Origin: an uncultured delta proteobacterium
GTDB lineage: Bacteria > Myxococcota_A > Polyangia > Fen-1088
DNA: 64,000 bases
Assembly (NCBI GenBank): GCA_963737265.1
Contig: CAVTRY010000011.1
Location: 608,001-672,000, forward strand
Direction: 5' to 3'
Below are positions 35,422 through 44,599 of this stretch, in pieces. The notes below the pieces were generated by a model. The model made no database searches and was not told the origin of the DNA. It saw nothing but the letters and a program-made list of their open reading frames with translations. The position numbers and the translations under genes were made by a program. The stretch's first letter is position 1. Each line of letters starts with the position of its first letter.

Positions 35422-36411
35422 CTACGCCTCGTCATAAGCGAAGGCCAAGACCTCGCGAATATGTGACGCACCGATGACCAACATGACCAAACGATCGAAG
35501 CCCAAAGCGATGCCGCAGGTGTCCGGCATGTGCGAAAGGGCCTCGATCAGCTTCTCGTCGATTGGGTAGACCGCACCGCCGCGCTGGCGCCGTACGGCCA
35601 CCTCGTGCTCGAAACGGGTGCGCTGCTCGACCGGATCCGTCAGCTCGCCGAACGCGTTCGCTAGCTCCAGCCCGGCCGCGTAAAGCTCGAATCGTTCCGC
35701 GGTCAAGGGATCGTCCGCCTTGCGCCGGGCCAGGGCCGCCATGGGCAACGGCCAGTCGAGAACGACCGTGGGACGCTCGACGCCAAGATGCGACTCGATG
35801 CGGTCGAGAAACACCTGATAAAAGATATCGTCCCAGCCCGCATCCGGTCCGACTCGGCAGCCCGCGCCTTCGGCAAGGTTTCGCAGCTCATCCCTGCCCT
35901 CGTCGCCGCGTAAGGTGAAGCCTGCGTGGCCACGAAACAATTCGCGCACAGTCGTGCGCGCGAAAGGCGAATCCAGAACGAGACGACTGTCCCCGTTCGG
36001 TCCGTGACGATTGGCAGGCACCGGAACCCATGGCCAATGGCCGACGGCACGCGCGGCGACCTCGACGATGGCCTCACAGTCGCGAATCAAGTCGTCGAGC
36101 GAGCCGCCCGCGCGGTACCACTCGACCATGGTGAATTCGGGCTGGTGGTTCGGGCCGGCTTCCTCGGCGCGAAAACAGCGGCAGAACTGCACGACGCGTG
36201 GCAGTCCCGCGGCCAACAGTCGCTTCATGTGATATTCGGGCGAAGTAATCAGATAGCGACCGTCGCTGGCTGGAATTGCATCGATGTGCACCTCCTGCCC
36301 GGGGGAAAAAACGCGTGTGGGCGTTTCGACCTCGAGAAAATCCTGCGCCTGAAAATAGCCGCGCACGGCTCGCATGGTGGCCGCGCGGGCCACCAGTGTC
36401 TCTTTTCGCAT
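35422..36411 (-). CDS. epmA: EF-P lysine aminoacylase EpmA/GenX
   Basis: LysRS catalytic-only paralog: YLITSPEYHMKRLL, HQPEFTMVEWYR, ELANAFGEL, GIALGFDRL; adjacent to efp. Confidence 0.92.
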   Translation of the reverse strand: MRKETLVARAATMRAVRGYFQAQDFLEVETPTRVFSPGQEVHIDAIPASDGRYLITSPEYHMKRLLAAGLPRVVQFCRCFRAEEAGPNHQPEFTMVEWYRAGGSLDDLIRDCEAIVEVAARAVGHWPWVPVPANRHGPNGDSRLVLDSPFARTTVRELFRGHAGFTLRGDEGRDELRNLAEGAGCRVGPDAGWDDIFYQVFLDRIESHLGVERPTVVLDWPLPMAALARRKADDPLTAERFELYAAGLELANAFGELTDPVEQRTRFEHEVAVRRQRGGAVYPIDEKLIEALSHMPDTCGIALGFDRLVMLVIGASHIREVLAFAYDEA

Positions 36412-36448
36412 TGCGATCCGCGATCGCTCGTCCACGATCCTCGCGGGG

Positions 36449-37021
36449 TTACGCGCGGCCGACGCGCTCGAGGTACTCACCCGAGCGGGTGTCGATCTTG
36501 ATGATGTCGCCCTCGTTGATGAACAAGGGAACATTGACCGAGGCGCCGGTGCTGATCTTGGCGGGCTTGGTGACGCCGGTGGCGGTATCGCCGCGAAAGC
36601 CGGGCTCGGTGGCTTGAACCTTTTGCTCGATGAAATTGGGCAAGGTCACGCCGACGGCGCGGTCGTTGAAAAACAGGACTTCGACCACGATTTGCTCGGG
36701 CATGAAGCGCGAGTCGTCGCCGATGGTTTCCTCGGGAATATGGACCTGATCGTAGGTGCTCGTGTCCATGAAGACGAAGGTGTCGCCTTCCTTGTACAGA
36801 TACTGCATCTGCTTGGTCTCGACGTTGGCCGGTTCAAGTTTTTCACCCGAGCGCAAGTTGCGGTCGATGACCCCGCCGGTAAGCAAGTTCTTCAACTTGG
36901 TGCGCGTGAACGCCGCGCCCTTGCCGGGCTTGACGAACTGGAACTCGACCACCGTGAAAGGTGATCCGTCCAACATGACCTTGAGTCCCTTGCGAATATC
37001 GGAAGTGTCGTACGACGCCAT
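36449..37021 (-). CDS. efp: Elongation factor P
   Basis: VKPGKGAAF, PGFRGDT, VPLFINEGD, DTRSGEY. Confidence 0.98.
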   Translation of the reverse strand: MASYDTSDIRKGLKVMLDGSPFTVVEFQFVKPGKGAAFTRTKLKNLLTGGVIDRNLRSGEKLEPANVETKQMQYLYKEGDTFVFMDTSTYDQVHIPEETIGDDSRFMPEQIVVEVLFFNDRAVGVTLPNFIEQKVQATEPGFRGDTATGVTKPAKISTGASVNVPLFINEGDIIKIDTRSGEYLERVGRA

Positions 37022-37062
37022 GGATGGGCGGATTTAGCCTGCCCAGCCCGTAAGGTCAACAG

Positions 37063-38985
37063 TTACATCTCGGGCAAGGCGCACTTCGCGTTATGCGCGC
37101 GTATCCCGCGAAGCCCAGATTTGTTCGGCTGCGCGCCGCGGCCGACGCGTCTGACAGCCTCAAGATAGAGCGCCGCGGTCAGACACGTGTCGCCGTGAAG
37201 TGAAAATGCCTTTTCGAGTCGGTGCGCCGCCAGCTTGAAGTCCCTATCTCTGGTCGCCAGAACGCCAAGCACGTAGGACTCCACCGGGCCACCCTTTTCT
37301 CCACGTTGCTCGAGCGTCAAAAGGTCCGGCTTGGGTGGACCATCGGCTCGTGCCAAGGCGGCAAAGGCGCGGATGTCCCAGTCGATATCCTGGATCCCTG
37401 GGGGCAGTTCCTTAAGCGCGTTGGCCAGAGCCTCCATTCCTCCCCGGGCGTAGGCCAGGCGCAAAAACACGAGATCCCGCTCCGGTCCCGCCGGATGTTC
37501 CGTGAAGGGTGACGGCTGAACCGGCTCGCCGCGACCCAAGCGGACGGCGAGATCCGCCCACTGCAAAGCCATGGCTGACGGATCCGCGAGCTTGCGCGCG
37601 GCCACGAGCGTGTCTTCGGCCACGTCTATCTCGCCGAGCAGAGCCAGCAGCAACGAAGCTTGGCCAAGCAACTGCGGGTCTTCCGATGTCTGCGCCGCTG
37701 CTTTGGCCTTGCGCAAGGCCCCGACGCGGTCGCCTTCGAGGCGCGACTGGAGAGCGGATTCCACCGCGCACGTGGTGCGAATGTTGCGCGAGATCTTGGC
37801 GTCGCCTCGGCACGCGAGCTCGAGATTCTTGACCCAGTCGGTTTCGCCCAAGGCCCGCTCGGCGTCCGCCAGCAGAAGCCGAAGCCGAGAGTTGTCGCTG
37901 TTCTTTTCGAGCGCCGCCGCGAGCGCGCGCCGGGCAGCCACCGGGTCGCCTCCGTCAAGACGAGAAGCCGCCCAATCCGCGACGACAGGAGCGACGTCGG
38001 GTGCCATGCCGAGCGCCCGATCCAGGTCGCGCGCGGCCCCCGCGGCGTCGCCGGACAAGCTGCGCACACGAGCGGACGCAAGAAGGGCCCAGACGGGCGG
38101 GTCCGCTGCGACGGCGGACAGCGCCGCCTCCGCATGCCGTTTGGCGCCCGTCCGATCCCCGTCGGCCAGTGCGAGCAGGGCCCGCGTGGCGGCCGCCAAC
38201 GACGCGCGATCCTTGCTGACCTGTGCCTCCCCGCGCTCGTTCTCGGCCAACTTGAGCGCATCTTCGGCGTCCTTCTTCCCGGCCTCGACGCCGTAGTCCT
38301 GAATCAGGAACGCGTTGACCAGGGCCAGACGCGAGAACGAGTCCGAGTCTGGGGCGCCAGTGGCTAGGGCCATCCGCGCCACGTCGCGCGCGCGCATGAG
38401 CACTTCAAGCGTTCCCGAGGCTAGGGCCTTGTCCAGCTCTTCGCGCGGAGTCTCGCGCGGAGGCTTTGCGCTACCGTGCTGACTGAAAGCCGCGACGGCA
38501 GCCACGGCCGCCACCGCGCACGCAGCGACCGCCAGCACCGCCAGGTCGCGGCGCCGGTTGGGACGGCGAGAAAGGGCCGGACTCGACGGCGCGCGAACCG
38601 GAAATGGCGACTTGGGCAACGGCGTGGGCTCGGGCGCGACGCCGCTCTCGACCACCGACGGTGGCACGACCGACGGCGGAACAGCCCGCAATCCCAATCG
38701 GTGCTGATGGGTTTCCTCATCGGACGGGACGTCGGGAAGGGGCGCGGCTGGCCCGCCAGTCGACGTTCCGTCAAGCTCGTCGGCGTACTCCGCGAGGAAA
38801 TGGGCGCGTCCGCCATCGCCTCGCCGAAGCAGCACTTCGGCAAGCGCGCGGAAAGCCGCGGCGCACTCCGGTTGGCCTTGGCAAACCCTCAGCAGCACCC
38901 GCTGGGCAGTATCAATATGCCCCTGTCCGAGCAGGGTTCGCCCCAACTCGACTTCCTCTGCCATGTCGGTGGTGACTGCGATCAA
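37063..38985 (-). CDS. Membrane-anchored TPR-like helical repeat protein
   Basis: Ala/Leu-rich TPR-like repeats, Pro-rich linker and a single TM segment. Confidence 0.7.
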   Translation of the reverse strand: MIAVTTDMAEEVELGRTLLGQGHIDTAQRVLLRVCQGQPECAAAFRALAEVLLRRGDGGRAHFLAEYADELDGTSTGGPAAPLPDVPSDEETHQHRLGLRAVPPSVVPPSVVESGVAPEPTPLPKSPFPVRAPSSPALSRRPNRRRDLAVLAVAACAVAAVAAVAAFSQHGSAKPPRETPREELDKALASGTLEVLMRARDVARMALATGAPDSDSFSRLALVNAFLIQDYGVEAGKKDAEDALKLAENERGEAQVSKDRASLAAATRALLALADGDRTGAKRHAEAALSAVAADPPVWALLASARVRSLSGDAAGAARDLDRALGMAPDVAPVVADWAASRLDGGDPVAARRALAAALEKNSDNSRLRLLLADAERALGETDWVKNLELACRGDAKISRNIRTTCAVESALQSRLEGDRVGALRKAKAAAQTSEDPQLLGQASLLLALLGEIDVAEDTLVAARKLADPSAMALQWADLAVRLGRGEPVQPSPFTEHPAGPERDLVFLRLAYARGGMEALANALKELPPGIQDIDWDIRAFAALARADGPPKPDLLTLEQRGEKGGPVESYVLGVLATRDRDFKLAAHRLEKAFSLHGDTCLTAALYLEAVRRVGRGAQPNKSGLRGIRAHNAKCALPEM

Positions 38986-39110
38986 GCGCGACCATAGTAC
39001 CTGCTCGACTATCGGCCGTCGACCGCCAACCGTCGGGTCGTCGGGTCAAGGGTAGAAGATGCGCGAAAATGAATGGCTGCGGCACGAGGTCGCCGAGGGC
39101 TCGCGCCGGG

Positions 39111-40282
39111 TCAGTTGCATTTCGGGAACTGCCTGCCCGAGTCCACGTCTTGTCCCTGGGTGTTGCCGACGGTGACGGTGATGATCCTTCCGGCGATGTC
39201 GGTCACCGTGCACGTGCCGCCGTTGATGTTCGGGCCAAAGTGCCAGGCGCCATAGCTCGTGCGCGAGCCCGTCTGACCGGCGCAGGTCACCGACGCAATC
39301 GGGAGGATCTCGTTCTCGATGTACATTTCGTTGTTGTTGCCGTTCTTGAGACGAACCATCACGTTGCCGTTGATTGGACAGGGAATGAACTTCCACTGGT
39401 TCTGATTTCTAAGCGACGGATCGCCCTTGACGCCGCCATTGTTCGCTGCCGACGTGCTGAGATCCAGGTGACCGGTCGGATTGTTCTGGCATGGCGTGTT
39501 TCCGGGAAACGGGCATTCGTCGACGATGGTCACGACGGCGCCGCCGATCTGCACACACGCGCCACAGCGATCGCTGGTGTTGAAGTCGCTCGAGCTGTTC
39601 CCCGGAATGGCCGCGTAGTACGCCGCATTGGCAATGTTGCGGATATTGTTGTCGCTCCCCATGTAGCCACACGCGGTCTGCGGGTTCGGCAAGGTGTATG
39701 TCGTGTAAGTCGCGCCTCCGGGTGTCCAATTGGACGGGAAGGTGCGCACGCCGTCGCTGCCGGGTTTCCGCCGGTTCCCGGCGCGCCACCTGTCGATGTG
39801 GCGCCGCCCAAGCCCGACCTTCCACCGCTGCCGTTGCCACCCGAGACGAAGCTTCCGCCAGAGGCGATTCCTCCCGAGGTGGAGCTTCCGCCGCCGCCCC
39901 TGCCGCCATTTTGCGACGTGCCCCCTCCCCCTCCCAATCCGCCGCCGGTTGCACTGTTGCCGCCTGAGCTACTCCCGGAGCTTCCGCCAGAACCGCCTTG
40001 TGATCCCATTTGGTCGACGGCCGCATCGCCTCGACCACCGCCGTTGCTGTTGGCGCCTCCACCACCCGATCCGACGGCACCGCCCGAGCTGTTCGATGCG
40101 CCACTGCCCCCCGATGCGCCGCTGGTGCGCGCCCCGCCCGCTCCACCGCTCCCGCTCTGCCCCCCGCTTGAAGTCGATTGCCCGCCCGTCGCCGAAACGC
40201 CGGAATCGCTCGCTGGATTGGTGGGCAGCAGGCATCCGGCGGCGACAGTGAGTGTCAAGAAGAGAATCGGAACTTTACGCAT
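39111..40282 (-). CDS. Expansin-like (DPBB + CBM63-like) lipoprotein with Gly-rich linker, frameshift near 39750
   Basis: Lipobox VAAGC and long Gly/Ser linker in frame 1; ACGY, CGACVQ, IVDECP, HLDLS and WKFIPCP in frame 2. Confidence 0.82.
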
Positions 40283-40438
40283 GAAACCCCTCGTCTAATT
40301 CAACAAACGATTAGTGCTTTGCGGGAAGGGATTCCGTCAAGCGGCATTCGGTGTCACCACGAAGAAACGCTTCGCCGAGGAGATCTCCCGCGAAAGCGGA
40401 GTTGACCGGGGCGCGACTTGCAAGGTAGGTCATTTGTC

Positions 40439-40816
40439 ATGAGGAGCTTCGGCCGGGCTTGGTCCCGTCTCTTCCCGCCCCGAAACGAGCGGCCTCGCGT
40501 GGTGGTCGTGCTGGTGTTGGTGGCCCTTTTGTCGTTGAGCTCGGCTCGTTTGGCCGTCGCGGATGTTCCGTCCGCCGCCGCGCCGACGCAGGGGGGCACG
40601 CCAGCGACCTTACAAGTCGCCACGGAGCCGGCCAACCCAGCGCTCGACCTGCGCGCTTCGGCGCCGCGCCAGCCGCAGCCTTCGGTGTTTACTAGATGGT
40701 GGTTTTGGACCGCGGTCGGTGCCGCGGCCGCCGCGACAGTCGCGGTGATCGTGGTTTCAAGTCGAGGCCACGCTCCGCCCGCGACCGACCTCGGCAACCA
40801 GGAGTTCCAGCCGTGA
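40439..40816 (+). CDS. Small exported/membrane protein with WWFW-TM tail
   Basis: Signal-like N-terminus, RWWFWTAVGAAAAA hydrophobic tail; GTGA overlap with the next gene. Confidence 0.65.
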   Translation: MRSFGRAWSRLFPPRNERPRVVVVLVLVALLSLSSARLAVADVPSAAAPTQGGTPATLQVATEPANPALDLRASAPRQPQPSVFTRWWFWTAVGAAAAATVAVIVVSSRGHAPPATDLGNQEFQP

Positions 40817-41874
40817 ACCTACGCCGAACGCTAGTCTGCTTGCTTCCGCTTCTTGGAGCCTGCACGGACGATTCGTACGCCGTGGTGTCCGTGCTGGCCT
40901 CACCGGACCCCATCGATCGAGTGGCGCAGTTTCGCGTTCACGTCGGCGACGGTTCGGCGCAAGACACGCTCTACTATCCCAATCGACCCACGGCGAGGCT
41001 TCAGCTCGACGACACCAATCCGGTCACATTCTCGGTCGAGTTCAGCTCATCGCGTTCCGGCGACGCTTCCTTTGAAGTCGAGGCCCTCGACGCGAGCGGA
41101 AACACGCTTGGCTACGGCGAGACCACCGGAACCATCGTCAAAAACACTGTGGTCAGCGTGACGGTGTCGCTCGTCAAGGGCGCGCTTCGTCCGCAGTACG
41201 AGCCGGACGCTGGCGCGGCCGGAGATGGCGGTGTGCTTTCGTGCGATCCGTATGATCCCGCGCTCGCATGCGGCGTGGGCACAACCTGCGGTCTTTTGTG
41301 CAGCCCGGACCAACCAGCAGTGGGCATGTGCTATGCCGCCGGGGCAGAGAACCCAGGTGTCGCCTGCACGAGCAACAACGATTGCGTCCCGGGCTCGCAG
41401 TGCTTCACCTTCCCGGGCTGTTCGGTCAGAACCTGTCTCAAGTTTTGCGACCACGACGACACAAGCTGCGGCGAGCAGGGGTCGTACTGCAACATTCCCA
41501 TCCCATGCGGCACCACCGCGCAGGTTTTTGCCTGTTCGCGGCCCTGCGATCCCACCGGCAGCGGCACCACTGGATGCGCACCAGGACTGTCTTGTTTCGT
41601 CTACGCCGGCGAAACAACCGACTGCGCTTGCGCCGGACTAGGCACGCTAGGAACAGCGTGTACCCAAAATTCGGGCTGCAACGGCGACGGCAACTGCGCC
41701 GGCTGTCAAGCGGGATTGAGCTGCGTGGTTCCGACGGGGACGACGCCCGACGCTGGCGCTGCGGGCGGCGTTTGCCGAGCGATTTGTAACCTTGGCTCTC
41801 CGGTTTGCCCAGCCGGCACGACCTGCCACGCCTTCGACCAGTCTGTCGGCCGAGTCTTCGGCTTCTGCGAGTAA
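40813..41874 (+). CDS. Cys-rich lipoprotein
   Basis: GTG start, lipobox LLGAC, beta-rich N-domain, DAG linker, many C-terminal cysteines. Confidence 0.8.
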   Translation: MNLRRTLVCLLPLLGACTDDSYAVVSVLASPDPIDRVAQFRVHVGDGSAQDTLYYPNRPTARLQLDDTNPVTFSVEFSSSRSGDASFEVEALDASGNTLGYGETTGTIVKNTVVSVTVSLVKGALRPQYEPDAGAAGDGGVLSCDPYDPALACGVGTTCGLLCSPDQPAVGMCYAAGAENPGVACTSNNDCVPGSQCFTFPGCSVRTCLKFCDHDDTSCGEQGSYCNIPIPCGTTAQVFACSRPCDPTGSGTTGCAPGLSCFVYAGETTDCACAGLGTLGTACTQNSGCNGDGNCAGCQAGLSCVVPTGTTPDAGAAGGVCRAICNLGSPVCPAGTTCHAFDQSVGRVFGFCE

Positions 41875-41881
41875 GCGCTAA

Positions 41882-44210
41882 CTACTTGTCGTTCGCGCCG
41901 TAGAACGCCTCGCTGGGGCTGGCAGGCGAGCCCCACGTGCGCTTCTTCCACAGATTCTCGAAGCCCACCTGGAGCGCGAAGATATCGCGCATCTGGCGCA
42001 AGGCAATGGGGCGCTTGTTTACGAGCTCGGTGTGCTCGCGCGGATCTTCGATTTCGTCGAAGAGCTCGATGCGCCCGGCCCCGGAATGAATCATGCGATA
42101 GCGCCCGGACTTCATTCCGCGCGCCATGGTACCGTTTTGGGTCAAGCTGCTCGAACGGAGCGTGGGCGATTTCGTCGAGCGCGGTGGCCAGCAACGATTG
42201 CCCCTGCATCGAATCGGGCACCGCGACCCCGGCCAGATCGAGCACGGTCGGCGCCAAATCCATCGCTTCGACTTCGGTCTCGACGACCCGACCGCCCGGC
42301 AAGAGCCCGGGCGCGTGGATCATGAACGGTACGTGCACCAGCTCTTGGTGCGGCCCCTGCGCGTGTCCGACGTCGCCGTGATCCCAAAACTCGTCGCCGT
42401 GATCGGAAATCACGATGACAACGGAGCTGTCGTAGAGCCCGGCGGCCTTGAGATCGGCCACGAAGACGCCGAACGCGGTATCGCTTTGGGTGATCTCGGC
42501 GTTGTGCAAGGCTTCGAGATAAGCCTTGTCGGTGTCGTTGACCTTGAGCGTGCCCTGCTTGATCTTTCCCAGCTGAATTCCTGTCAGCACGGGCTTGATC
42601 GGTCCGCCATACGGCTTGTTCCAGTACTTGAGCAAAAATTCCTTCTTCGGGTTGTAGATGACGTGCGGTTCGATCACGGCGAGGTACACGAATTGCGCGT
42701 GGGCCTTTCCGGGCAGGATCCACTTCTTCGCGGTCGCCCAGAGGTACTCCGCGCCGTTGGGAAGATTTTCACGCACGAAATTGCGGTTCTCGTCGAAGCC
42801 GCGCCCGAATCCCCACTTCGATGAAACGTAGCCGTTCGAAGAAAAGAGCGCGGTTCGGAATCCGGCCTTCTTGAGCAGCTCGGGCGCAAACGCCACTTGC
42901 AGGGAGATCTTCGATTCGTGTTCGGTGGCCTTGTGTACATTGGGGTAGACGCCGGTGAGCATAGAGGCTTGCGACGGCAGGGACCAAGTGCCGGGCACCT
43001 GCGCCCAAGCGAAACGGGTGGCGTCGGCCGCGAAGGCATCGTAATTCGGCGTCAGCACATTCGTCTTGGGGTTGTAGACGTGCACCTTGTCGGCGCGAAG
43101 GGTGTCGCACATCCACACGTAAATGTGGTCGAACTTGGGCCGCTGGGATGCTGGTGGCGGCGTGCCAGGAACGAGCAAGCGCGGCTCGGCCCACGAAATC
43201 CCCCCACCGCGCGAAACCAGATCGACGCGCACGGCTTGGCCCACGAAGCCTGCCAGATCCCAGGCGCCGTCGGAGAAATGCTGGGCCGCCGGTCCTTCGA
43301 AAAGAACGACGGGCGCGGCGCCGTCGCGCGCCACGCGCACGAGGGCCGTCACGCCGGGTTGGGTCGACGCATAGGAAAGCGCCAGCGTCGCCTTGGCAGG
43401 TACCTGAAGATAGTAAGAGAGACGAGATGCCTCGGACATCGACAGCGCCCTCTTCTTGATACCCGAGAGCTCGACCTCGGCGGGTTCCGCGAGGCTGCGG
43501 ATGGCCGCGAGCGCGCCACCACCCGCGCCTGCCGGCTTAGGCGCACCGATCTCGATGCTTTCGATGGCTGCCGACGCCCGCTTACCGCCGGTGATAGCGG
43601 CGGCATTGCGGAAGGTCAGGCGAACCCGATTCTCGCCCAGCGTCAACGTGGCAGCGGGCAAGGTGACGTCGTAGGCCGCACGCTCCTTCGTAACATCGAG
43701 AGTCGCGACTGGTTTCTCGTTGGCAAAAATGGACAGCCGCTGATTCGCCGCCACCGATCGCATGACAATCGTCATCTGCAAGTCCGCCAGCGTACGCCCA
43801 GCCGCGCCATCGCCATCGCTGTCCAGAGGAAACCCAAACGACGCGGACACACCGGAAACATAGGCGACGCGGATAGCGCCGTCTTTCTGGCCGAGAATCC
43901 ACGATCCCTTCCAACCTCCGTCGACGAATTTGTAAAAATCGACGCCGCCAGCGGAGAGAATCATTCGCCCGCTCCGGTGCAAGATCGCGTGCACGCGATC
44001 GGCTAGCAAGTCGACGGCCAGCCGCCGGCCTGTCAGGTCGACCTTGCTTGCTGCGGCAGGAGCTGCCTGCGCCGACGAGAAGACGCCGCTCGCGGGGGGT
44101 GCTGTGCCAGCGCCCGACGACTTTCCGCAGGCGGACAGGGCGCCAAGCACAAGCAGAACGGCACATTCGGCGCGAGGAGAAATTGTTTCACAAAATTTGG
44201 TCGACAACAC
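41882..44210 (-). CDS. Sulfatase-fold lipoprotein, frameshift near 42157
   Basis: Lipobox LSAC; CDTLRAD, WSLPSQASMLTG, EPH, SDHGDEF, HVP, MQGQSL; C-terminus continues in ORF 41882..42145. Start uncertain. Confidence 0.82.
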
Positions 44211-44599
44211 GAACCGGAGGTTGCGCAATCGGTCCGCGCCGGTCAAGGGTTGCGTGCAGCCAAAAATGGATCCCTTTTCCGGCGTGCCCTTCACAGCGCG
44301 GGCTTCGCCAGCAAATCAAGGCCGCAGACAGCTGCTTCGTCGACAGCAGCGATCAGCAAAGAGCCAGAGCCCGGAAAGGAACCATTTCGGATCTTAGATC
44401 CAACCCCCTTGTTTCTCCGAAACCTCTGGGTGCTCCGTGACTCTGTGGTGAAACCAGACTGGTGGAATTCCTGGAGCCCATGCGCTTAAGGCCTATGCTG
44501 GAGCCTGGAGCCTCACGACACGACGGAAAAAAATCGCCGCGCCAGCGAAGAATCTCGGAAGTAGTAGATCGGCGCGGGTTACTCTCCAACTCAAAATCG

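Noticed and set aside
35422-36411. Second lysyl-tRNA synthetase
   Set aside because: No anticodon-binding OB domain and adjacent to efp, so it is EpmA.
39069-40298. 409-aa Pro-rich plus-strand ORF
   Set aside because: Antisense image of the Gly-rich linker of the expansin lipoprotein.
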